This document shows, piece after piece, positions 38,767-48,304 of a stretch of DNA of 64,000 nucleotides. A program made the position numbers and the translations under genes. Numbering within the stretch: the stretch's first letter is position 1; each line of letters opens with the position of its first letter. Below the pieces are notes generated by a model. That model saw nothing but the letters and a program-made list of their open reading frames with translations. It was not told the DNA's origin and did no database searches. The DNA is from an uncultured Candidatus Saccharibacteria bacterium (GTDB taxonomy: Bacteria > Patescibacteriota > Saccharimonadia > Saccharimonadales > CAZARM01), in contig CAYXCB010000001.1 of the NCBI GenBank assembly GCA_964463635.1, forward strand, positions 7,526 to 71,525, given 5' to 3'.

Positions 38767-39618
38767 TTAGCCTTCGTTCTCTTGAACTTTCAGCCTGGGG
38801 ACGCTTTCGTTGTAAGCCAGCAAGGAAAGGGCTAGTAGGTTTGCGCCAGCAAATAGGACCAGGTCGCCCCAGTTAGCATTATAGAAAGTGCCGACTGTGG
38901 TCGTATAGGAGAAAATAATGTCGCCAAAGTACATAACCAGCATGCCAAGAAAAGTCAGTATTAACGGCAGGCGTAGTTTGCCACCTAAATATTTGCCGGC
39001 GATAGCCGCAATGATCGCCACCAGTGTAAAGGAAACAAAGTCGGCCACAGGATAGAACACATCTAGGAACGTTTTAAGTTTATCAGTGGTGTCAGAAAAG
39101 AACTCTCCTTGTTTAGCAACTACCACCGCTAAGTAATAAGTTAGCGCCACACTTAGGCCGCAAAGTATAATAATGCCCCACCACAGCAGCGGTTTCTTTT
39201 TTAACACCAAATTAACACCGGCCAGCCGAGTTAAGAGCACAGTGCTAGCCGCATATAAGGTAACACCTGACGCAAAACCTACGTCAGCCACGGACGGATA
39301 CGGCGCTTCTACTTCTAAAACTAAATTGTAATAAGACCATATGAGTTCGCCAGCCGACCATAGAAATAGGCCCAGCGACAGCAGGCCGATCGAGCGCCCA
39401 AGCACGCTGGACATACCGCCCCATCTTTTGGCCGCCATAAAACCCTTCAAGCTAGCCAGAAAAGGCACCACGCCAAGCATTAGTGAGAAGTAGTAGTTAA
39501 GGTTAGCGTCAACTGTGTGCTGCATTTGAACAACCACCCACATACCTAAGGTTAGAACCATTAGAAAAACAATAAACAAATTGTATTTACTCTTCCAGAA
39601 AGTTTTTGTAGATAACAT
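38767..39618 (-). CDS. hypothetical polytopic membrane protein (~8 TM)
   Basis: Multiple hydrophobic helices; likely co-operonic with the histidine kinase. Confidence 0.5.
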   Translation of the reverse strand: MLSTKTFWKSKYNLFIVFLMVLTLGMWVVVQMQHTVDANLNYYFSLMLGVVPFLASLKGFMAAKRWGGMSSVLGRSIGLLSLGLFLWSAGELIWSYYNLVLEVEAPYPSVADVGFASGVTLYAASTVLLTRLAGVNLVLKKKPLLWWGIIILCGLSVALTYYLAVVVAKQGEFFSDTTDKLKTFLDVFYPVADFVSFTLVAIIAAIAGKYLGGKLRLPLILTFLGMLVMYFGDIIFSYTTTVGTFYNANWGDLVLFAGANLLALSLLAYNESVPRLKVQENEG

Positions 39619-39696
39619 GGTTATTACTCATCTAAATATTAATGATATAATATCACACAGGTAATGCTTTAAAGCGAAAATAAAAAGTTAATCGTT

Positions 39697-40929
39697 ATGC
39701 CCCTCATCAAAACAAAAAAATCATTTGAGTCCTTTACTGCTGATTGCAATCATTTGGCAAGTAAAATCTTACAGCGCCGCTATGACCTCGTGGGCTTGCT
39801 ATCGCAATATGAGACATATGAAACCGCTAATGACGAAATTGAGCGATCAGTAGAGGCTTTAAGGGGTATGAGCAAAGAGCTATCCGCAATTAAACACCCG
39901 TTGAGCAACCTCACTATCTCTACCTTTTTTCCCTTAAACCTCCCCCTTTATTCACTGGTCTTGTTTGGTATTGCTCCAAGTGTTTTCGCTCGACAAGTTT
40001 ACATTCGACCGCCTGAAATAATGCATAAAATGCTCCAGGAAGTATTTGAGTTCCTGGAAATTAGCAAACTTTTTGCCAACATTTCCGTCCATGTGGTGCC
40101 GCGATATATTTTTATGGATTTATATGCATCGGAGTCTGACGTGATTGTTTTCACCGGTAAATATGAAAATGCTCTGTCAATTCATAAGCAATGTCCTCAG
40201 GCTCTGCTGGTGTATAACGGCAGCGGCATAAATCCTTTCTTGCTATTTGACGACGCCAATATTGACCTAGCTGTCGCCAAGGCCGTCGAAATGCGCTGTT
40301 TTAACAGCGGCCAGGACTGTGCAGGGCCAGACGCTTTCTTTATCCCGACTACCTTAGCCGACGCTTTTGTCGGCAAGCTGCAAAGAGCCTTAGAGCAGGT
40401 AAAAGTAGGCGACTCAACTGATCCGGAAGTTAGAGTTAGCCGCACCATGAAAGAAACTTATATCCAACAGCTTCAGCCCGTCCTGGAAAGAGAGCGCCAA
40501 AATCTAGTTTACGGGGGTGAGATCGACCTGGAAAAGCATCTAGTTCATCCTACTATAGTCGTTAAACCCATTGCGGAACATGCTGGCAACTTCCATGAGT
40601 TCTTCGCGCCAGTTTTTTATGTACTCGAATATAACGATATTGCTGAATTGGAAAAAGCCCTGTTTAGCCAAGAACTTATAGATCGTTCTATGTATATCTC
40701 TGTGTTTGGCAATAATGAAGAAATTGAGAATAAATTGACCTTTGCCCGTCTACTGAAAGATAAGATAGTAAACGACGTTGAGCGCGGCAACTATGAATAT
40801 GGCGGCTACGGGCCAAACGCTAACTTCCTGCTCTACGGTGACCAAAAAGTGATCCAGCCAGTATTAATCAGCCGCGATATGCACAGCCAGCTGGCCCGAG
40901 CTTCTAGTCACGCAGCTGCTCAGCAGTAG
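39697..40929 (+). CDS. aldehyde dehydrogenase family protein (short form)
   Basis: FFPLNLPL (PWNFP-like), catalytic Cys motif CFNSGQDCAGPDAF, EFFAPV Glu motif. Confidence 0.6.
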   Translation: MPLIKTKKSFESFTADCNHLASKILQRRYDLVGLLSQYETYETANDEIERSVEALRGMSKELSAIKHPLSNLTISTFFPLNLPLYSLVLFGIAPSVFARQVYIRPPEIMHKMLQEVFEFLEISKLFANISVHVVPRYIFMDLYASESDVIVFTGKYENALSIHKQCPQALLVYNGSGINPFLLFDDANIDLAVAKAVEMRCFNSGQDCAGPDAFFIPTTLADAFVGKLQRALEQVKVGDSTDPEVRVSRTMKETYIQQLQPVLERERQNLVYGGEIDLEKHLVHPTIVVKPIAEHAGNFHEFFAPVFYVLEYNDIAELEKALFSQELIDRSMYISVFGNNEEIENKLTFARLLKDKIVNDVERGNYEYGGYGPNANFLLYGDQKVIQPVLISRDMHSQLARASSHAAAQQ

Positions 40930-42331
40930 CCACTGAATTACTTAGCAACGTAACAAGTTCTAGGGGTCGGCTCTTTGTAACTAATTCCCTAAACTCAACT
41001 GGCACATCGATAAGGCTCAGTATTTTTTGCCTGTCCTCAGTATTGTAAGCTTTTCTGCTAATGGCGTAGGCCAGAGTATGTGAGACTTGGGTTAAAGCTG
41101 TACTAAGTGATTCTGGTAACTTTTCCTGATGCATCAATGCCTTTTGGGCTACGGCCGGATCAATGCATACAAAACTATTGAATGCGCTTTCGATTATAAC
41201 TCTGTTGGCGTGGTTATAAAGCAGCTGATGAAACCGCTGCGGAGCTATGACAATGATGGGACTTGCCGTCTTGTCTTGCTTTACTTTTTTAAGCAGTTTA
41301 TTGGTCGCGTATAGCAAATAGGCAGCTTTTAATGGTACGCCAGTAGCAGTGCGAAGCGAGGCCATAGGACCAGATTCTATATGGTAGTAGGCGGCTTTGC
41401 TCTCGGGATCCCTGATTAGGCCAAGCCCTTCAGAATTTAGGCTATATTCGTCAATCCACCGATTCGTTTTAGCGATGATTTCACTTTCTTGCTGGGCGTT
41501 CGGTTTTGTACTGTCTTCAAAATTGCTCAGATTTACAGCCTGAATATAGTGCTTTAGCAAATCTTGAAGTTTTTTTACGTTGGCTCTTGTGAGATCGGTT
41601 TCCAATGATGCTAACCAAGCACTAATTTTTTTTTCGCGTTGGGCCAGTGGCGCACTAATACTAAGCTCCTGGCGGTAGTCGGCAACGGATTGAGCCTGGT
41701 CATTATTGTCATTGATCCACATTTGGAGATTCAGTAATTCTGCAATCTCCTCTGAACTATCTGGTATTAGGTACTCGCTTTTTAGGTTATAGCCAGCTAC
41801 ATGATAAATATCGCTGATAAACCTATAGACAGTCTCGGCATGCTGGTCGTCAGCTGCCTGACCCAGAGTAGATCCGGCAACCAGTAAAAACACATATTTA
41901 TTACGGTCTTTGCGCGATTGGGGTTTTTGCAGCCAATGAGCTACATAATAGGCTGTCTCAGACAAGTAATTTTCTGAGAGTTCAAAGTTAATGTACCCGC
42001 TGACAGCCTCTGTCTGGACATTATCTAACATCGTAGGGTGGGATTTGTGAAGCCATCGTTTGACATGTTCGGCTAGGGTCTCAGCAACTTCTCCTGGGTT
42101 ACTCTTTAAAAGATTGGCTAGCTCAAAACAGGGGAAAACGTAATCAATATGCTTCCCATTGCCGGCTTCGATCGCCTTGGCCTGTTTGTTAACCTCTGGC
42201 ATGAAATCAACACCATAGGTCTGATATACTGCCACCTTCAAGACCTGGCCCAAAAATTCCCGAGGGTGCTTAGTAAGACCGGTAATTGTTTCCAGAGAAT
42301 CTTGTCTTTTGAGTTTTCTACCTAGTTTCAT
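40904..42331 (-). CDS. arginyl-tRNA synthetase-like protein with degenerate HIGH motif (possible ArgRS paralogue)
   Basis: N-terminus matches the Arg_tRNA_synt_N domain (DYVFPCFELANLLKSNPGEVAETLAE ... SGYINFEL), but the expected HIGH region reads LGQAADDQHAE and the protein is only 475 aa. Confidence 0.4.
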   Translation of the reverse strand: MKLGRKLKRQDSLETITGLTKHPREFLGQVLKVAVYQTYGVDFMPEVNKQAKAIEAGNGKHIDYVFPCFELANLLKSNPGEVAETLAEHVKRWLHKSHPTMLDNVQTEAVSGYINFELSENYLSETAYYVAHWLQKPQSRKDRNKYVFLLVAGSTLGQAADDQHAETVYRFISDIYHVAGYNLKSEYLIPDSSEEIAELLNLQMWINDNNDQAQSVADYRQELSISAPLAQREKKISAWLASLETDLTRANVKKLQDLLKHYIQAVNLSNFEDSTKPNAQQESEIIAKTNRWIDEYSLNSEGLGLIRDPESKAAYYHIESGPMASLRTATGVPLKAAYLLYATNKLLKKVKQDKTASPIIVIAPQRFHQLLYNHANRVIIESAFNSFVCIDPAVAQKALMHQEKLPESLSTALTQVSHTLAYAISRKAYNTEDRQKILSLIDVPVEFRELVTKSRPLELVTLLSNSVATAEQLRD

Positions 42332-42369
42332 AATGCCTGTACTTGATCTATCCCACTACCTTACACGGT

Positions 42370-43260
42370 TTAATGATATATGAAAAACAGGCCGACAATC
42401 ATAACAATCATGCACAGGATTTTCTTGGGCAAGCGCTTGTCCTTTATTTCACGAAAATATTTTGGGAAAAACGGGCTCAAGGCAATACCGAACACTAGCA
42501 CGAACAGTGGCTGCAGCCCTTCAATGCCCTTAACCACAGATAACGCCCCTGCGCTGATAGCGTAGCCTTGGGTCATTTCAGCCAATATATTTACGACTTC
42601 AGCCACTACAAGAAAAAGTAAAATTATAACTTTGGATGATTTTACTACTTTCTTAAATTCTGTTTTTTTCTGGCTAAAAGCTAGGAATGTCAGGCCGCCG
42701 ACACCGAAACCGAACGATACCCACATGTAAATTTCTGCAAAGGTGCCTCCGCGGTAGGCGTATTTGCTCAAAATGGCCGCAAAGGCGTAGATCACTGCAC
42801 CAATGGTGGCGTAAAAAATAGCAGACGATAGTTTAAACTTGCGTATTTCCAGCAATGAAAGCACAAATGACGCCAGGATGATTATAGCTAGTCCTATGTA
42901 CTGCGAGGTATGCAAAACTTCGCTGAGCAACATAAAGGCCAGAAACGGTACTAGTGCTGCCGACAAGTTGTTGAGGGCGACGGCTACAGATGGCTCATCG
43001 GCGTCGAGCGTACGGAAGTAAAAATAGTAGAAAAAAACCGTCAGCACGCCAGCTCCAATGGCACTAGCCACATAACGAGGCTCGCTTGCAATTCGCTCAT
43101 TGGTCACGAACAGGTAGAAAGATGGCAGGAAACCGAATAAACCGGAAATAACCGCGCCAAAAGCGGCACTGCGATAGACGTTTTTGAGCAAATTGTCGTC
43201 TATGAGGTTAACAACTGCCCACAGAATCGTCGCTGTTATCGCCGCAATAAACCAAGTCAT
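42370..43260 (-). CDS. EamA/DMT-family transporter
   Basis: ~10 TM helices in two 5-TM halves; 296 aa. Confidence 0.55.
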   Translation of the reverse strand: MTWFIAAITATILWAVVNLIDDNLLKNVYRSAAFGAVISGLFGFLPSFYLFVTNERIASEPRYVASAIGAGVLTVFFYYFYFRTLDADEPSVAVALNNLSAALVPFLAFMLLSEVLHTSQYIGLAIIILASFVLSLLEIRKFKLSSAIFYATIGAVIYAFAAILSKYAYRGGTFAEIYMWVSFGFGVGGLTFLAFSQKKTEFKKVVKSSKVIILLFLVVAEVVNILAEMTQGYAISAGALSVVKGIEGLQPLFVLVFGIALSPFFPKYFREIKDKRLPKKILCMIVMIVGLFFIYH

Positions 43261-43349
43261 ACTTTAGATATTTTTACCTTGATAGGTTCTTATTTTAATG
43301 CTTTTGCTATTATATACCTATCACTACTAACTGAGTTTACTATTCGCTT

Positions 43350-43718
43350 ATGCCAAAAGTAGCAATCGTAGAAGATGACCAGGCGATCAGCCAGATGTAC
43401 CGCATCAAGTTTGAGGCGGAAGGATTCGAAGTCGAAACCGCCGAAAACGGCAAACTTGGGCTAGAGCTAGTCGAGAAAATGATGCCTGACATCATATTGC
43501 TTGATCTGATGATGCCCGAAATGACCGGCGACGCTATGCTTCAGAAACTGCGTGCGACCGACTGGGGCAAGAATATCAGAGTTATCATCCTGACCAACAT
43601 GGGCGAGCAAGAAGCCCCGCCAATTGTGAAAACCCTCGATGTAAGGCGCTTTATAGTCAAAGCCGAGATGACGCCTCGCCAAGTAGCCGAGATGGTCAAA
43701 AAAGAACTTGCCCAGTAG
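43350..43718 (+). CDS. stand-alone response-regulator receiver domain (CheY-like)
   Basis: VEDD acidic pocket, phospho-acceptor Asp in ILLDLMMP, conserved K in RFIVKAEM region; 122 aa. Confidence 0.75.
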   Translation: MPKVAIVEDDQAISQMYRIKFEAEGFEVETAENGKLGLELVEKMMPDIILLDLMMPEMTGDAMLQKLRATDWGKNIRVIILTNMGEQEAPPIVKTLDVRRFIVKAEMTPRQVAEMVKKELAQ

Positions 43719-44292
43719 GGTCAGGCAAGTGTTGTTTTTCTACTAAAAAATCAATGATTGCCGTACCCAGGGCTGCAACGGCTTTGTCAATGCCCTCTGT
43801 GTTTTGAAAAACTAAATCAGCTGCTTCATCTGCCTCCTTGCGATCTGAATGGAATCTCCGCAACCGTGAGTGCATGTCGCCCGGATCAACATTAGGATCC
43901 CTCGCTGTAAACGCATTTTCTGGGTTTTGATCAAGCGGTGAAACAGCACAAAAAGCTACTGGCGGTGCAATTAGTCCACGAAGTTTAACCGCGAATACTG
44001 GCATGAGTATTCGCATCCTGATTTCCCTTTCGGCCAAAGGTCGGGGTACTTCGATGCCGTATTCATAGGTTGGATAGGTCTGAAAGGTAAATAAAAAGTC
44101 CGAGCGTTTTTCATCAAACTCTTCCTGGTCCACAAAAACATTTTCTTTGTCACATTCGTCAGGTCTTCTTGACCGGGTTGTCCACGTTTTATCAACACTG
44201 AAACTATATTCAGCAGATGTTTCAGCCAAACTTAGCATAAGTGATGTTTTGCCAGCTGTAGAAGGGCCAAAAAATACAATGTGAGCACCCAT
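43696..44292 (-). CDS. guanylate kinase-like P-loop protein (divergent)
   Basis: P-loop GPSTAGKTS and TTRSRRPDE (guanylate kinase TTRxxRxGE-like). Confidence 0.5.
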   Translation of the reverse strand: MGAHIVFFGPSTAGKTSLMLSLAETSAEYSFSVDKTWTTRSRRPDECDKENVFVDQEEFDEKRSDFLFTFQTYPTYEYGIEVPRPLAEREIRMRILMPVFAVKLRGLIAPPVAFCAVSPLDQNPENAFTARDPNVDPGDMHSRLRRFHSDRKEADEAADLVFQNTEGIDKAVAALGTAIIDFLVEKQHLPDPTGQVLF

Positions 44293-44294
44293 AA

Positions 44295-45506
44295 TCAGCC
44301 AGCTTTTTGCATCAAACGGTTCCCCAGGAGGCTTGTTGCTGGTTCTTGTTTACCAATAACTGATTCGTACAATTTAATTAGTGTTGGCAGCTGGACTTCC
44401 CAGGATAGGTAGCCAATATCTTTGACAGCTTGGTCGGCCAGGCGCTTTTGAAGTTCAATGTTTTTCGATAAAAATAAAATAGCTTCTGCTAATTTGGCTA
44501 CGGATTGTTGCGGAACAAGTAGACCATTTTGATTATTACGAATAAAGCTGTTTATTCCTTGGGAGTCAGCTCCTATGAATGGCTTTCCAGAGGCCATGGC
44601 TTCAACGGTGGCAACTGGGGCACCCTCATAGTATGAGGGCATTGCGATTATATCGCTGGCCGCATACAGTTTGGGCATATCTTCATATAAAAATTTGCGG
44701 CTAGGAATAATGATTCGATTCTTAATGCTGGGATAGCTGGCTTGGGATTTTAAGGATTCCCAAAAAACCGTGTCTAGTGGTTCAACAGCAGCTGGCAGAC
44801 AAAGATAATAATTACTAGGAAGATGCACGAGTGCACGGACTATTTCTTTAATTCCTTTGCGAGGGATAACCCTAGAAGGAGTCATAATCAGAATATCGTT
44901 ATCACTGAGGCCAAATTCCTGACGCAGCTGAGGGTTTTCTTTGGCAGTAAATAAAGTAATATCAACAGGGTACGGTACAGCCTCGACAGGAAGTTTACCC
45001 CTTACAATTTTGTTGGCGGCTTCAGCGTAAACTTGGTTGGCAGCAGTCAACAGCTTTGGCCGCGCTAAATCTATTACGCCCCTGGCAAAGCTCAGCTCCG
45101 CTTCAAAACTATCCATTCCGCCGATTATTCTCTCGCCCCACACCGGAGTACTGTGGATAGATGCTATCACTGGTATATTGCGATGGTTACACAGGCCAAC
45201 AACCAGAAGCCCGAAGTAACCATGAACATGTATGATATCGGGGTTTAAGCGTTCAATTAACTTATGGAGGCCGGCGGTTGCAGCAATAATATCGAGTTTG
45301 GAGTCGCTCAAACCATTTATTTCATAGACGCCGTATGGGTAATTATCGACGTTACGTTCGGCCAGCGGTTCGACAGCGATTGAAATATTGATACCCGCAC
45401 TGTGGAGGCGATTTATGGAATTCAACACAAATGTTTCGCCACCACCGATAATTGGATGAAATTTTGGAGAGATAATAAGGATTTTCATAGGCCTACCTTG
45501 CTCCAC
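44295..45506 (-). CDS. GT4-family glycosyltransferase
   Basis: C-terminal E-x7-E region EGAPVATVEAMASGKP typical of GT-B GT4 enzymes. Confidence 0.75.
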   Translation of the reverse strand: MEQGRPMKILIISPKFHPIIGGGETFVLNSINRLHSAGINISIAVEPLAERNVDNYPYGVYEINGLSDSKLDIIAATAGLHKLIERLNPDIIHVHGYFGLLVVGLCNHRNIPVIASIHSTPVWGERIIGGMDSFEAELSFARGVIDLARPKLLTAANQVYAEAANKIVRGKLPVEAVPYPVDITLFTAKENPQLRQEFGLSDNDILIMTPSRVIPRKGIKEIVRALVHLPSNYYLCLPAAVEPLDTVFWESLKSQASYPSIKNRIIIPSRKFLYEDMPKLYAASDIIAMPSYYEGAPVATVEAMASGKPFIGADSQGINSFIRNNQNGLLVPQQSVAKLAEAILFLSKNIELQKRLADQAVKDIGYLSWEVQLPTLIKLYESVIGKQEPATSLLGNRLMQKAG

Positions 45507-46047
45507 ACTTTATAAACCAAATATTTAATGCCGCCAGCAAGTTAATATTGTCGAATTGGTCGCTAGTAATCATGTTTTTGAGCTTCTTTACTGTCATCCA
45601 GTTATTCTCAATAAACTCGTCCTCATCATGAACAAGTTTTTGCTCAAACAGTTGTTCGCACAAAACAACGAACTGCTTTTGGTTAGACAACCTGTTATGC
45701 ACAAAAAAAGATCCTATGGTCGTAGTTTGCTCGGAACTATACCCCGACTCTTCTGCCAGCTCACGCATCGCAGCTCTTTCAGGGGTTTCATTAGGCTTCA
45801 TACTGCCGCCAGGCAGCTGCCACATGACTTTATCAGGCGGATAGCTGTATTCCTTTTGAATCAGGACTTGATTATCTTTATTTACGGCAATGATTGCTAC
45901 CGAATGGTGGCGAGCAGAAGCATGATGTACATATGTTGATTTTTTTCCGTTAGGCAGTTCTACCCTATCTTCGCGTACTTTCAAGCGTTTATGATCAAGA
46001 ATAAGCCGAGAGGATAACTTCTTCCAAGGCTTGGGTTTACTCTTCAT
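45493..46047 (-). CDS. Nudix hydrolase
   Basis: Nudix box GGSMKPNETPERAAMRELAEESGY. Confidence 0.7.
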   Translation of the reverse strand: MKSKPKPWKKLSSRLILDHKRLKVREDRVELPNGKKSTYVHHASARHHSVAIIAVNKDNQVLIQKEYSYPPDKVMWQLPGGSMKPNETPERAAMRELAEESGYSSEQTTTIGSFFVHNRLSNQKQFVVLCEQLFEQKLVHDEDEFIENNWMTVKKLKNMITSDQFDNINLLAALNIWFIKCGAR

Positions 46048-46118
46048 AGGTCTCCTATAAGTGCGAATACTACCTCTATATAGAGCATAATTTTAGAACT
46101 TTTTATAATATTGTCAAC

Positions 46119-47687
46119 TTGTTGCACTTCTTACACTTTCGGTTCAGTATTCTTCAAACTGATACAATATACTCTATGAAAATTGCTATTTTGGGTTTTG
46201 CCGGACAGGGCCAAGCTGCCTACGATTATTGGAATAAGCCTGAAAATGAGATTACGATCCGTGATAAGGATAAATCTATCAGCGCACCTGCTGGTGTTAT
46301 AACCCAGCTTGGACCGGACTATCTTAAGAATCTAGATCAATACGACTTGTTGGTGCGTACACCTGCCCTGCACCCGCGTGATATCGTGAACGCCAATCCT
46401 AAGTCACCGGATATTTTGGACAAAGTCACGACTGTCACTAATGAATTTTTCAAGGTTTGCCCGACCAAAAACATCATTGGAGTAACCGGAACTAAGGGTA
46501 AAGGCACGACTTCAACTCTGATTGCTAAAATCCTGGAAGCTGCTGGCAAAAAGGTACATTTGGGCGGCAATATCGGCATTCCACCGCCCGAGATGCTTAA
46601 AAATGGTATCCAGCCAGATGATTGGGTAGTGCTTGAACTAGCCAATTATCAGTTGATTGACCTGAAGCATTCGCCTCATATTGCAGTTTGTCTGATGGTA
46701 GAGCCCGAGCACATGGACTGGCATATAGCCCCCATGCCCGCCCAACCTCATAGGTCTAAAAAACAATCGACCGCACCAGGCGATCCCATCCGCAACCTCG
46801 ACGTACCTTCAGGTACGCCTCAGCCGACGTCTGAGACACCTGGCACGACCGCTGGTTCCTCATCTAGCTATAAGGATGAGCAGGCATGGGAGCTGGGACT
46901 GGAAGAGTACATTGCTGCCAAGCAGCAGCTTTTCATCCACCAATCAGAAGACGACATAGCTATTTATTACGCCAAAAATGAGAACTCTCTAAGCGTCGCC
47001 GATGCGTCAGAAAGCAAGCAAATCCCCTACTTTGCCCCGCCGGGAGCTTTCGTCGAAAACGACGATATCGTCATAGACGGTCAAAGCATCTGTGCAACCT
47101 CTGAACTTAAACTTCTTGGCCAGCATAATTGGCAGAACGTCTGCGCCGCCGTAACGACCGCTTGGCAAATTACTCAGGATGTTGAAGCTATACGCTCAGT
47201 CCTAACAACGTTTACTGGTCTTGAGCACCGTTTAGAGCTAGTTCGTGAACTGGACGGCGTCAAATATTATGATGACTCATTTGGCACCACGCCCGAAACA
47301 GCTATCGTGGCAACTGAAGCTTTAGATCAGCCAAAAGTTATTATCCTCGGCGGATCGGATAAAGGAGCAAAATTTGACGCTTTGGCCCAAACAATCGCTG
47401 GAGCCAATATCCGACAAGTTATTCTTATCGGCAATACAACTCATTCTCACTACAAAACGATCACGCCGGATATCGAATCGGCTTTAAAAGCAGCCGGAGT
47501 GACTACCCTCACTTCCACTGTGAAACCAGGCGGAATAACCATGGAAAAAGTGGTGCAATTAGCAAGAGAACATGCTCAGACTGGTGATGTCGTGCTGCTC
47601 TCGACTGCATGTGCTAGTTTCGATATGTTCAAGAACTACAAAGACCGCGGCGAACAGTTCAAGCAAGCTGTTCAAGCACTCTCTTAA
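46119..47687 (+). CDS. murD: UDP-N-acetylmuramoyl-L-alanine--D-glutamate ligase MurD with low-complexity insertion (start possibly at 46176)
   Basis: Mur ligase P-loop GVTGTKGKGTTS and MurD central/C-terminal domains; ~60-aa Pro/Ser/Thr-rich insert. Confidence 0.75.
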   Translation: MLHFLHFRFSILQTDTIYSMKIAILGFAGQGQAAYDYWNKPENEITIRDKDKSISAPAGVITQLGPDYLKNLDQYDLLVRTPALHPRDIVNANPKSPDILDKVTTVTNEFFKVCPTKNIIGVTGTKGKGTTSTLIAKILEAAGKKVHLGGNIGIPPPEMLKNGIQPDDWVVLELANYQLIDLKHSPHIAVCLMVEPEHMDWHIAPMPAQPHRSKKQSTAPGDPIRNLDVPSGTPQPTSETPGTTAGSSSSYKDEQAWELGLEEYIAAKQQLFIHQSEDDIAIYYAKNENSLSVADASESKQIPYFAPPGAFVENDDIVIDGQSICATSELKLLGQHNWQNVCAAVTTAWQITQDVEAIRSVLTTFTGLEHRLELVRELDGVKYYDDSFGTTPETAIVATEALDQPKVIILGGSDKGAKFDALAQTIAGANIRQVILIGNTTHSHYKTITPDIESALKAAGVTTLTSTVKPGGITMEKVVQLAREHAQTGDVVLLSTACASFDMFKNYKDRGEQFKQAVQALS

Positions 47688-48303
47688 GCTGTGCGATTAC
47701 TGGTTGCTCGGGCTGTATTATTACCGCTCTGCTTTTAGTTTCTTTTTTGATAATTTCTTCAATCCAGTGGTAGTGGGTGCAACCCAGCACGATAACATCA
47801 GCTCCAGCCTTGCATACTGAGTCAATTTGTTTATGAACGTGTGACTGGTCAATTTCTTTGTTCTCGATTAACTCAGTCCAGTTGCCGCAGTCAGGCTCCA
47901 GGACTTTAATGTCTTTTGCATAGGTGTCTTTAAGCCACCCGTACCTGGGGCTAGCTAGCGTCGTCGGTGTCGCGCAAACTGCGATGATGTGTGATTTGGT
48001 TTGCTCAGCGGCTGGTTTGACCATCGGTTCAATACCAATTAATGGCAGTGTGAATCGCTTTCGCAATTCTTCAATTATGGTTGTGGTAACAGTGTTGCAA
48101 GCGACAACTATCACGTCTGTACGAGTGGCCAGGTCATCAAAAATTGGCGTCACTAGCTTAAGTAATTGATCTGGCGACTTTGTGCCATAGGGTATGTTTT
48201 TGCGGTCATTTACATAGATAATTTCATGTTCAGGTAAAGCCTGCCTAATGGCGTTCGTGACTGACTCGCCACCGACACCCGAGTCAAAAACACCTATGCG
48301 CAT
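47659..48303 (-). CDS. murI: glutamate racemase
   Basis: VFDSGVGG N-terminus and the two catalytic Cys regions VVACNTVTT and LGCTHY. Confidence 0.8.
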   Translation of the reverse strand: MRIGVFDSGVGGESVTNAIRQALPEHEIIYVNDRKNIPYGTKSPDQLLKLVTPIFDDLATRTDVIVVACNTVTTTIIEELRKRFTLPLIGIEPMVKPAAEQTKSHIIAVCATPTTLASPRYGWLKDTYAKDIKVLEPDCGNWTELIENKEIDQSHVHKQIDSVCKAGADVIVLGCTHYHWIEEIIKKETKSRAVIIQPEQPVIAQLKRVLEQLA

Positions 48304-48304
48304 A

